A stretch of DNA of 64,000 bases from Candidatus Dormiibacterota bacterium (GTDB taxonomy: Bacteria > Chloroflexota > Dormibacteria > DASZGP01): positions 3,520 through 67,519 of the forward strand of contig DASZHA010000009.1 of assembly GCA_035938265.1 (NCBI GenBank). The letters are read 5' to 3'. The position numbers were made by a program, and so were the translations under genes. This document shows, piece after piece, positions 56,205 through 64,000 of this stretch. The notes under the pieces are model-generated. The model was not told the origin of the DNA. It worked only from the letters and a program-made list of their open reading frames with translations, and did no database searches. Position 1 is the stretch's first letter, and every line of letters begins with the position of its first letter.

Positions 56205-57851
56205 CTATGGCAGGCGGCGGAAGGCGTCCTCCATGGCAGCCGCACTCGGACAATCGGACGGCGCGCCCAGGCAGACGATCACAACCTTGCCCGGCGCCGT
56301 CGACTGCCAGGCCGCGCCTGGTCGAGGGTCGCCGGGGCCCGCCAGCTCGAGGCCTAGGGCGGGGTCGGGCACGGTGGCGTTGACGATCTCGGCGGCGGAG
56401 TGGCCGGTGGCCATCTGCGAGGTCGTGGCAACGTAGGTGCCGGTGGCCTCGTACCCGGCCTGCACACGCTCAGGGGCGACCAGCGTGTACGCCACGCGAG
56501 CTGCGCGGTCGACCGCGTTCTGCCACGCGATGTAGTCCGCCTGGGCAGGAATGAAGTAGGCGACCCCGATGGCCATCAGCGCCAGAGCCCAGGCTTTCCT
56601 CGCCAGCGCCAGGCGGCGGGACGGCCGCGGCCGGGTCGCTGCGAAGGCGCAGAGCAACGGCACCAGCGGCGCCACCACCGCCAGGTAGTAGCGGTCCAAC
56701 GGCGTCGTGAACCAGATCGGCGGGATGTGGGCCACGGCGACAACGGTCAGCAGCGCGCCGTCCGGCCCCAGGGCCCGGGTGTTCCAGATGTCGCGTCGCC
56801 AAATCAGGACCATGGCCAGGCAGACCGTGCAGACCACCTGGAGGGCCAGCATCGCGGCAATTGGAACCAGCGTGGGTTTGTTCCCGGGCAGGTGAATGGG
56901 CCCCAAGCCCCAGACGCCGAAGACATTGCCGGGCCAGATCACGGCACGGAAGTAGAAGGTCCAGACCAACACGCTGGCGAGGCCCGCCGCGCCAAGAATT
57001 GCGGCGCCCACCGTGAACGGGTCGAATCGGCGATCCGACTCTATGTGACCTCGCAGCAGCGCCACCAGCAGGGGCACCAGCAGGAGGCTGAGGAAGGGCC
57101 CGAACAGCGTCACCGCGCCCACCACGATGGCGGGGGTGGTGCTCCGGGTCCCGGTCCGCACCTGGCCCGCCACCGGGCTGGCCAAGCCGATCACGAAGGG
57201 GAAGGCGATGGCAGCGGCGGCTGCCACCGTGGTCGCCGCCAGCCAGGCCCACTCCCGCCCGCTCACCGTCCGGTGTCGCCGGGCGACCAACAGGCCGGCG
57301 CCGAGGCCGAGCGGCAGGACGACCCCGTGCTGCCGCTGCAGCGTCGCCATCACCACCAACACCAGGAACACCGGTGCCCCCCTCCCCTCCTTGACCCATC
57401 GCTGGCCTGCCACCAGGGCGGCCAACATCAGGCCGATGTAGCCGATGTCGCTGGTGAAGCCGGCGGCCACCGACAGCGCCACTGGGCTCGTCATCAGCAG
57501 GGTGCCCGAGACCGCGCTCCAAAAGCGATCGGCGCCCCGGCGGGCGGCCAGCACGTGGGACGACGCGCCGGCAAGGATGGCAAACGGGATGACCGTCAGC
57601 CGGTAGAAGCGGGGATCGACCCCGGCCAGTGCCAGCGGCGCCGCCGCCAGGAGCTGGTCGAGGGACACCGGCAGCACTCCCGGCCAGAGTTTGAGGCCGG
57701 CGCCGGCGCGCAGCTCCATGAGGGGGAAGCGGAACTCCCACTCGTCGCTGAGGGCCACGCCGGTGGCGAGGTCGAAGTACACCACCAGCACCACCGCCAC
57801 GGCGCCAATGGCAAGCGGCAGCAGGAAGGCGCGGCCTCGAAGGACCCCCAA
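56205..57851 (-). CDS. GT-C-fold integral membrane glycosyltransferase (ArnT/PMT-like)
   Basis: More than 10 TM helices. A DE motif (LSDEWEF) lies in the first extracytoplasmic loop, as in GT-C enzymes. Immediately upstream of the GT2 gene. Confidence 0.55.
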   Translation of the reverse strand: MGVLRGRAFLLPLAIGAVAVVLVVYFDLATGVALSDEWEFRFPLMELRAGAGLKLWPGVLPVSLDQLLAAAPLALAGVDPRFYRLTVIPFAILAGASSHVLAARRGADRFWSAVSGTLLMTSPVALSVAAGFTSDIGYIGLMLAALVAGQRWVKEGRGAPVFLVLVVMATLQRQHGVVLPLGLGAGLLVARRHRTVSGREWAWLAATTVAAAAAIAFPFVIGLASPVAGQVRTGTRSTTPAIVVGAVTLFGPFLSLLLVPLLVALLRGHIESDRRFDPFTVGAAILGAAGLASVLVWTFYFRAVIWPGNVFGVWGLGPIHLPGNKPTLVPIAAMLALQVVCTVCLAMVLIWRRDIWNTRALGPDGALLTVVAVAHIPPIWFTTPLDRYYLAVVAPLVPLLCAFAATRPRPSRRLALARKAWALALMAIGVAYFIPAQADYIAWQNAVDRAARVAYTLVAPERVQAGYEATGTYVATTSQMATGHSAAEIVNATVPDPALGLELAGPGDPRPGAAWQSTAPGKVVIVCLGAPSDCPSAAAMEDAFRRLP

Positions 57852-57862
57852 GCGGTGAACCG

Positions 57863-59947
57863 TCAGCGCCTGCGGGGGCCGCCTCGCCGGTAGCCGAAGC
57901 TCCGGCCGGTGCTTCGCGGTGACTCCGAGCGGGCACCCGCGGCGGCCGGCTCTCCTGCTGGCTTCGGCTCGCTGTCCTCGTTGAGCGCCTTGCGCAGGTC
58001 GATCAGCTGGTCACGGAGCATGGCCGCCTTCTCGAACTGCAGCTCCCGGGCGGCCCGGCCCATGTCGCGCTCCAACCGGCGGGCGAGCCGGATGACTTCG
58101 TCGGGCGGCATCCCCGCCACTGCCTCGTACTGGGCGACCTCTTCGGCCACCTGCTGCTTGTGGGTCTCGATGTTGTAGATCGCCTTCTTGATCGAGGCCG
58201 CGGTGATGCCGTGCTCCTGGTTGTACGCCACCTGCGCCGCCCGCCGGCGGTCGGTCTCGTAGATGGCCTTCTCCATCGCCTCGGAGCGCGTGTCGGCATA
58301 CATGATGACGCGGCCCTCGAGGTGGCGGGCCGCCCGCCCGATGGTCTGGATCAGCGACCGGTAGCCGCGCAGGTAGCCCTCCTTGTCGGCGTCGAGGATG
58401 GCGATGAAGGCGACCTCGGGCAGGTCCAGACCCTCTCGCAGCAGGTTGATGCCGACGAGGACGTCGAAGTTGCCCAGCCGCAGGTCGCGGAGGATGTCGA
58501 CGCGCTCCAGGGTGTCGATGTCGGAGTGGAGGTAGTTGACCCGGAAGTCCATCTCCTTGAGGTACTCGGTGAGGTCCTCGGCCATCCGCTTGGTCAGGGT
58601 CGTGATCAGGGTGCGGTTGCCGGCCGCAATCTCCTTGCGCAGCTCGGCTACCAGGTCGTCGATCTGGCCCTCGGTGCCGCGCACCTCCACGGCGGGGTCG
58701 ATCAGGCCCGTGGGCCGGACGATCTGCTCCACCCGGTTCCCCGATCGCCTCTCCTCGTACTCTCCCGGGGTGGCGCTGGTGTAGATCAGCTGCGTCACCC
58801 GCTCGTTCCACTCGTTGAAGTCCAGCGGTCGGTTGTCGAGCGCGGACGGCAGCCGGAAGCCGTACTCCACCAGCGGGACCTTGCGACTGCGGTCGCCGCC
58901 GTACATGCCGCCAATCTGGGGGATCGCGACGTGGCTCTCGTCTACCACGATCAGCGCATCGGGCGGCAGGTAGTCCATCAGCGTGTAAGGCGCCTGGCCG
59001 GGCAGCCGGCCCGACAGGTGGCGGGAGTAGTTCTCGATCCCGGCGCACGTCCCCGTCTCCCGCATCATCTCGAGGTCGAACATGGTGCGCTGGCGAAGGC
59101 GCTGCGACTCCAGCAGCCTGCCCTGCTGGTCGAAGAAAGCGCAGCGCTCCTCGAGCTCGGCCTCGATCTCCCCAAGGGCGATTCGCATCTTGGCCTGGCT
59201 GGTGATGTACTGCCCCGCCGGGAAGAGCCGCAGTTGGTCCTTCTCGCCCAGGATCTCGCCAGTGAGAGGGTCGAACTCGAGGATGCGCTCGACCTCGTCG
59301 CCGAAGAACTGGAGCCGGGTGGCGATCTCCTCGTACGCCGGCTGGATGTCAACGGTGTCCCCACGGACGCGGAAGCGGGAGCGGCCGAAATCGGTGTCGT
59401 GGCGCTCGTACTGCAGCTGCACCAGGTGGCGCTGGAGGATGTCGCGGCGCATCGACTCACCCTTGCTCAGCTCCATCGACTCGCCCAGCCAGTCCTCGGG
59501 AGCGCCGATGCCGTAGATGCAGGAGACGCTCGCCACCACGATCACGTCACGCCGTGTCAGGAGCGCCCGCATGGCGCTGGTGCGGAGACGGTCGATCTCG
59601 TCGTTGCGCGTTGAGTCCTTCTCGATATAGGTGTCGGTGCGGGGGATGTAGGCCTCCGGCTGGTAGTAGTCGTAGAAGCTGACGAAGTACTCCACGGCGT
59701 TGTGGGGGAAGAACTCGCGGAACTCCGAGCACAGCTGCGCCGCCAGCGTCTTGTTCGGCGACATGACCAGCGTTGGCCGCTTCGTCTCCTGGATGACGTT
59801 GGCCACGGTGAAGGTCTTGCCACTGCCGGTGACCCCCATGAGGGTCTGCTCGCGCTCACCGCCGAGCACGCCCTCGACCAGGCCGGCGATGGCGCGCGGC
59901 TGGTCACCCGAGGGCTGGTAGGGGGCTTCGAGACGGAAGTCAGACAT
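57863..59947 (-). CDS. uvrB: excinuclease ABC subunit B
   Basis: GVTGSGKTFT Walker A, helicase motifs, C-terminal UvrB/UvrC interaction domain. Confidence 0.95.
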   Translation of the reverse strand: MSDFRLEAPYQPSGDQPRAIAGLVEGVLGGEREQTLMGVTGSGKTFTVANVIQETKRPTLVMSPNKTLAAQLCSEFREFFPHNAVEYFVSFYDYYQPEAYIPRTDTYIEKDSTRNDEIDRLRTSAMRALLTRRDVIVVASVSCIYGIGAPEDWLGESMELSKGESMRRDILQRHLVQLQYERHDTDFGRSRFRVRGDTVDIQPAYEEIATRLQFFGDEVERILEFDPLTGEILGEKDQLRLFPAGQYITSQAKMRIALGEIEAELEERCAFFDQQGRLLESQRLRQRTMFDLEMMRETGTCAGIENYSRHLSGRLPGQAPYTLMDYLPPDALIVVDESHVAIPQIGGMYGGDRSRKVPLVEYGFRLPSALDNRPLDFNEWNERVTQLIYTSATPGEYEERRSGNRVEQIVRPTGLIDPAVEVRGTEGQIDDLVAELRKEIAAGNRTLITTLTKRMAEDLTEYLKEMDFRVNYLHSDIDTLERVDILRDLRLGNFDVLVGINLLREGLDLPEVAFIAILDADKEGYLRGYRSLIQTIGRAARHLEGRVIMYADTRSEAMEKAIYETDRRRAAQVAYNQEHGITAASIKKAIYNIETHKQQVAEEVAQYEAVAGMPPDEVIRLARRLERDMGRAARELQFEKAAMLRDQLIDLRKALNEDSEPKPAGEPAAAGARSESPRSTGRSFGYRRGGPRRR

Positions 59948-60016
59948 GGTTTGAAAGAAGCCTAGGGCATCGGTGAGAACTCGATCAGGGCAATTGATGC
60001 CCCATCCTTTGTACCC

Positions 60017-60475
60017 GTGAACGACGACGGCAAGCCTGCCCGGCGGCTCGGCGGCCCGGTCGGCGTCGCCGCCATCGCGGTGCTGCTGGCCTGGGCCACG
60101 CGGAGCGTGGTCGTCGAGGGGCTGGCGATCTACGGCGCAGGGGCTCCGCCCGCCCCGTGGTCCAGCGCTGCCCAGGCGACACAGGTGGACCCGCTCCAGG
60201 GTGCGCTGACATCGCTGGCCGACAGGCTCCCGCCCGGCGCCACCGTCAACGTCGCCGCGCCTACCGCCGACCAGCCGACCGCCGAGTACTGGGCAACCTA
60301 CTTCCTGTTTCCCCGACGCGTGCGCATTACGGAGACGCCGACCCTCGATACCCCCGGGTTGGTGATCGTCAACGCCCCCGAGCGGCCAGCGACGCCGGCG
60401 GGCTACCAGGAGGTCGTCGCGGTGCGACAGGATCCCGGCTGGCTGGCCGCCTTCGTGCGGGTTGCTGGACCATGA
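60017..60475 (+). CDS. hypothetical membrane-anchored/exported protein
   Basis: N-terminal TM/signal (VGVAAIAVLLAWATRSVVV) then a soluble domain. TGA overlaps the ATG of the next gene (ATGA). Confidence 0.5.
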   Translation: MNDDGKPARRLGGPVGVAAIAVLLAWATRSVVVEGLAIYGAGAPPAPWSSAAQATQVDPLQGALTSLADRLPPGATVNVAAPTADQPTAEYWATYFLFPRRVRITETPTLDTPGLVIVNAPERPATPAGYQEVVAVRQDPGWLAAFVRVAGP

Positions 60476-61878
60476 CCGCGCCCCTCCTCCTGGCAGCAGC
60501 AGCCGTCTACTTCCTGGTCGCTACCGGCGTTGGCCTGTTGTTGCTGCGCCTGGCGGGCTGGGACGGCTCGCGGCTGGCGCCCGCGGTGGCGCCCGCGTTC
60601 GGCGCTGCCGGCCTCGGCCTCCAGCTCTGGGCTTTCGGCTTGGTAGGGATCCCCTGGAACGCGCTGACGCTGCTGGGGCCGTGGGTGATCGTTGGACTGC
60701 TCTTCATGCCGCGGCTGGTCCGTATGCTGTCCCGCGCCCCGGCGTGGCTGCGCGCCGCGCCACGTCCGAACTGGGCCTGGCTGCCTCTTGGCCTGGCCGC
60801 GCTGCTCGTGCTTCCCGAGCTGTCGGCGGTCGTACTCCGACCAGTGGTGGGCAACGACGCCATCGCCATCTGGCTGATGCGGGCGCGCGTCTTCCAGGAC
60901 CTCGGGCGGGTCGACCTCCGCGGGCTCACCGCGCCCTCGCGCCACCCGGACTACCCGCCGTTGTTCAGCCTGATGACCAACTCAACGTGGGTGGTCACGG
61001 GAGGAATCTCGCAACAGCTGGCCAAGGCCACAAACGGGGTACTCCTGCTCGCTGTGGCGTGGGCGATCTACCGCGCGTTCCGGCCAGTCGGTGGGCCCCT
61101 GCTGGCCGGGATCGGGGTCCTGGCCTTCGTGGCGTTGCCGTCGTTCGACCCCTGGCTGTACTCCGGCTACTACCTGGGTTACGCCGACTTCGCGGCGGGG
61201 TGCTGGATGGCCCTGTCGGCGCTGGCGCTCTACACCTGGCTCCGGGCTGGGGAGTCCATCGACCTGGCGCTGGCGGTGACGGCGGCGATCGTGGCGGCAC
61301 TGACGAAAAACGAGGGGTTGCCATTTCTGCTTGCGCTGGCCGCCGTCGTCGTCTTCTTCCGGCGGCGACTCCCGGGGACCCGGCTCCTCGCCGTGATGCC
61401 GGTGGCCATACCGGGGGCGTTCCTGGTGGGCTGGCGTGCGACAGTGCTGCTCCAAGGTTATGGGGACCAGCAGCTGCAGGGGGTGTCGCTGGCCAACCTG
61501 GAGCCTGGGCTGCTGGCCTCGCGGGCGGTGCACATCGCCGATTTCGCCCTGCACCTGCTCGACGTCATCAGGGTCGACTACGGCTGGGTGGTGCTGGCCG
61601 GCCTCGTGACCCTGGAGCTGGCCCTCGTCAGCCGCAACATCCTGGCCCGGGCGTTGATCGTGCTGGTGGTGCTCCAGGCGGCAGCCTACCTGGCGGTCTA
61701 CCTCCTGGCGCCAGGCGACATCGACTACTGGCTCAACACCTCGGCCGACCGCCTCACGGTGCAGCTCCTGCCCCTGGTCCTGGTCGCCCTGCTGAGCGCG
61801 GTGGCCCCCCTGACGCGAAACCTGGGCAGCCGGACCGCTGTGCAGAGCGTCGCCGCCGACCAGGCATCGCCAGCTTAG
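60472..61878 (+). CDS. hypothetical polytopic integral membrane protein (more than 10 TM), possibly GT-C-like
   Basis: ATG at 60472 is in frame inside the ORF-track ORF 60157..61878. The sequence is very hydrophobic with multiple helices. No diagnostic motif was recognised. Confidence 0.55.
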   Translation: MTAPLLLAAAAVYFLVATGVGLLLLRLAGWDGSRLAPAVAPAFGAAGLGLQLWAFGLVGIPWNALTLLGPWVIVGLLFMPRLVRMLSRAPAWLRAAPRPNWAWLPLGLAALLVLPELSAVVLRPVVGNDAIAIWLMRARVFQDLGRVDLRGLTAPSRHPDYPPLFSLMTNSTWVVTGGISQQLAKATNGVLLLAVAWAIYRAFRPVGGPLLAGIGVLAFVALPSFDPWLYSGYYLGYADFAAGCWMALSALALYTWLRAGESIDLALAVTAAIVAALTKNEGLPFLLALAAVVVFFRRRLPGTRLLAVMPVAIPGAFLVGWRATVLLQGYGDQQLQGVSLANLEPGLLASRAVHIADFALHLLDVIRVDYGWVVLAGLVTLELALVSRNILARALIVLVVLQAAAYLAVYLLAPGDIDYWLNTSADRLTVQLLPLVLVALLSAVAPLTRNLGSRTAVQSVAADQASPA

Positions 61879-61892
61879 CTATAAAGGTAGTG

Positions 61893-62666
61893 ATGGGCTT
61901 GGGTTCGGGGCGCTTCGGCGTGAAGGTCGACAAGGTGTCCAAGGCGCTGGGCGGCCGCCCGGTGATCCGCGATGTCTCCTTCATCGTGCCGCCGGGCCAG
62001 GTCACGGCCCTGATCGGGCCGTCGGGCACGGGCAAGACGACGATGATGCGTCTAATGCTCGGGATCACCCAGCCAGACTCCGGGGGGATCGAGGTCGACG
62101 GTCGCGATATCACGCGGATGTCGATGGACGCGCTCAACGCCATGCGCAGCGAGGTCGGGGTCCTGGTGGAGGGCGCTGGGGCGCTCTTCAGCTCGATGAC
62201 CGTGTTCGACAACGTCGCCTTTCCCCTCAGGCAGATCGGCAGGTTGCCCGAGGCCGAGGTCGCCCGGGTGGCCAACGCCCACCTGGAAGAGGTGGGGCTG
62301 GCGAACGATGCCCGGAAGATGCCGGAGCAGCTCTCGGTCGGCATGCGGGTCAGGGCCAGCTACGCCCGCGCCACCGTGTTGCAGCCCAAGATGCTGGTCT
62401 TCGACTCCCCCGACCTGGGCATGGACAGCGTCCGCCTGGCGCTGCTCTTCCAGCTAATGGCGGAGGCCAACCAGAAGCTCGGCTGCACCACGCTGGTGCT
62501 GACCCACGACATCGCCGCCGTCTTTCGCATCGCCGACTACGTGGTGCTGATGCGGCAGGGCGAGGTCATCGCCCACGGCACCAAGACCGCGATCGAGCAG
62601 TCGCCGGACGCCTTCACCCAGCAGTTCATCAACGGGCTGATGGCGGGCCCGATGAAGGCGCTCTAG
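61893..62666 (+). CDS. MlaF/Mkl-like ABC transporter ATP-binding protein with degenerate catalytic motifs
   Basis: Walker A GPSGTGKTT. The signature LSGGM is replaced by LSVGM. Walker B reads LVFDSP (catalytic Glu replaced by Ser). The Q-loop Gln is replaced by Glu (VLVEGAGALF). H-loop THD is kept. The C-terminus QQFINGLMAGP resembles MlaF. AAGGTAG SD precedes the start. Confidence 0.75.
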   Translation: MGLGSGRFGVKVDKVSKALGGRPVIRDVSFIVPPGQVTALIGPSGTGKTTMMRLMLGITQPDSGGIEVDGRDITRMSMDALNAMRSEVGVLVEGAGALFSSMTVFDNVAFPLRQIGRLPEAEVARVANAHLEEVGLANDARKMPEQLSVGMRVRASYARATVLQPKMLVFDSPDLGMDSVRLALLFQLMAEANQKLGCTTLVLTHDIAAVFRIADYVVLMRQGEVIAHGTKTAIEQSPDAFTQQFINGLMAGPMKAL

Positions 62667-62992
62667 CCGACGGAGTCCTCTAGCCAGCGGGCATAGGGCT
62701 CGGGGACGCCGCCCGCATCCAGCACCAGCACCTCCGGCACGTCGTACGGGTGCTCGACCAGCAGGCGCTCCCGGAGGCGGTCCACGGCGGCAGGTGCCGT
62801 CTTGATCAGCAGCAGCTGCTCCTCCTCTTCCACCACCTTGCCCTCCCAGCGGTAGGTCGACCGAGCCGCCGCGACCGTGGTCACGCACGCCGCCAGCCGT
62901 TCGTCAACCAGCAGCCGCCCGATGCGGGCGGCGTCCTCGGCGCTGCCCACCGTGGTCAGGACCAGGGCGGCGTGGTCAGGCATCGCTTCCAT
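62663..62992 (-). CDS. cutA: divalent-cation tolerance protein CutA
   Basis: ALVLTTVGSAEDAARIGRLLVDERLAACV...YRWEGKV; about 105 aa. Start at ATG 62992 or 63004. Confidence 0.8.
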   Translation of the reverse strand: MEAMPDHAALVLTTVGSAEDAARIGRLLVDERLAACVTTVAAARSTYRWEGKVVEEEEQLLLIKTAPAAVDRLRERLLVEHPYDVPEVLVLDAGGVPEPYARWLEDSVG

Positions 62993-63674
62993 GTTGCACT
63001 CCAAGGGTGCCGCCAGGCGCGTAGGCCAGGCAGAGCCCGAGGCCCAGGCCGCCCAGCAGCAGGCCCCCGGCCACGTCAGTAGCCCAGTGGGTGGCGAGGT
63101 AGACGCGGCTGAACGCGATCAGCCAGACCAGGACGCCGAAGACCAGCACCCAGGCGACCAGGCCAGTGCGCCGGTACAGGCGCAGACCGATGATGCCGAA
63201 GACCATGGCGGCACGCAGGACGTGCCCGCTGGGATAGGAGAAGACCGTGTGCACCGCCCCCGTGAGGCTGAGCTCGAGGCCCCGATGCAGCGCCAATGGC
63301 GGACTCTGCTGGGGCACCAGCCCCTTGGCCATGAACTCCACGGCGCTGAGCGCCAGGAACACGCCCAGCGGTGTGAGGCGCTGCCACATAGGCAGCGCTG
63401 ACCGCCGCCCCGCGGTGACCGCCAGGATGATCATCAGCAGCAGGGTGACCTCGAGCGTGCCGAGGGCGGTTATGGCGCTCATTGCCACGTCCATCGCCCC
63501 GCTGGCCGGCAGTTGGGCCACGTCCAGCAGGAGCTGGTCCTGGAAGCCGAGGCCCCGGCCGGCCACCGCAGCGCTCAGCGCGATGACGAAGACCGCCATC
63601 AGCAGGGCCCATCCGCCGGCCGCCAGCCGGATCCGGCGGCCGGCGGCATCGGCCGGCGAGACGCGCGCAGTCAT
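62976..63674 (-). CDS. PAP2-family membrane phosphatase (undecaprenyl-diphosphatase-like)
   Basis: PAP2 motifs YPSGHVL and SRVYLATHWATD. Multiple TM helices. ATG at 63674 confirmed by reverse complement. The ORF track extends to 63833. Confidence 0.75.
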   Translation of the reverse strand: MTARVSPADAAGRRIRLAAGGWALLMAVFVIALSAAVAGRGLGFQDQLLLDVAQLPASGAMDVAMSAITALGTLEVTLLLMIILAVTAGRRSALPMWQRLTPLGVFLALSAVEFMAKGLVPQQSPPLALHRGLELSLTGAVHTVFSYPSGHVLRAAMVFGIIGLRLYRRTGLVAWVLVFGVLVWLIAFSRVYLATHWATDVAGGLLLGGLGLGLCLAYAPGGTLGVQHGSDA

Positions 63675-63838
63675 CCCTGGCAGCGCCAGAAGCGGGCGGC
63701 GGTGCGCCCTGCGGGCGGGTGACCTAAGATCGCGTTCGTCATCGTTGGATGAGGTCGTTGGCCGATCGTAGAAGTGGCCAGGAAGCGCGCAAACATACAT
63801 TGCGCCTGGCGTTGAGAATACAAAGGGCAACAAGCGGG

Positions 63839-64000
63839 ATGAACCGGGTCACTCGCGTCGGGGGCGCGGCTGGAGAGGGCCCTGTCGACCGACCACTGGC
63901 GCCCAGGAGGCGACTGCTGCCGTCAATGCGTGCGATCCTCGAACCACTGGCATGGCGCCGGCTCTGGCGCTATGAGGAGTCCCTGCGCGGCAGGGTCTGG
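63839..64000 (+). CDS. possible 5' end of a CDS running off the window end
   Basis: ATG at about 63839 after an AAGGG/GCGGG stretch. The open frame MNRVTRVGGAAGEGPVDRPLAPRRRLLPSMRAILEPLAWRRLW runs to the window edge. Only 54 codons are visible. Confidence 0.25.
   Translation, partial: MNRVTRVGGAAGEGPVDRPLAPRRRLLPSMRAILEPLAWRRLWRYEESLRGRVW

Noticed and set aside
60462-62666. 734-aa ORF spanning the membrane-protein and ABC ATPase region
   Set aside because: It is an off-frame read-through across one gene that fuses in frame to the real ATPase ORF. The real products are the 60472-61878 membrane protein and the 61893-62666 ATPase.

Overview
This is a compact, high-GC (about 68-70%) bacterial chromosomal segment with no mobile elements, CRISPR arrays or long repeats. 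Most genes are biosynthetic and lie on the minus strand; many pairs are translationally coupled by ATGA or GTGA overlaps. Contents in order along the window:
- An alpha/beta-hydrolase fragment, thrC and an SDR oxidoreductase.
- A large secreted protein with a C-terminal membrane anchor.
- A long minus-strand biosynthetic cluster: a T-box leader (GGGTGGTACCGCG plus terminator), a 64-aa small ORF, then ilvB-ilvN-ilvC-leuA-leuC-leuD-leuB-cimA. It continues without a break into FAH-family, Nudix and HD-domain genes.
- A putative cAMP signalling neighbourhood: a Crp/Fnr regulator, a tandem-hotdog thioesterase, and two paralogous adenylate cyclase / STAND NTPase / TPR giants (about 1100 aa each). 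The second paralog has an Asn to Ala change at the transition-state position of the cyclase domain.
- An aromatic amino-acid supraoperon: aminotransferase-trpE-trpG-trpC-trpF-trpB-trpA-aroH-DAHP synthase-tyrA-aroA. There is no trpD. The two cyclase giants follow aroA 17 bp downstream on the same strand.
- A Cache-GGDEF-HD-GYP sensor, korAB (2-oxoacid:ferredoxin oxidoreductase), tRNA-Leu(CAG), secG, a PLD-like lipoprotein and a universal stress protein (usp).
- tpiA-pgk-gap-whiA, then lgt.
- uvrC, uvrA and uvrB, interleaved with GT2 and GT-C glycosylation genes.
- A small exported protein, a polytopic membrane protein and a catalytically degenerate MlaF/Mkl-like ABC ATPase.
- cutA and a PAP2 phosphatase.

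The gene content (T-box on ilv-leu, AroH-type chorismate mutase, WhiA, Mycobacterium-like KorAB, AC-STAND proteins) suggests a high-GC Gram-positive-like lineage, possibly Chloroflexota-like, but I cannot fix the taxon from sequence alone. CDS coordinates follow the ORF track. Features I placed myself (tRNA, T-box, motif codons) may be off by 1-2 nt.
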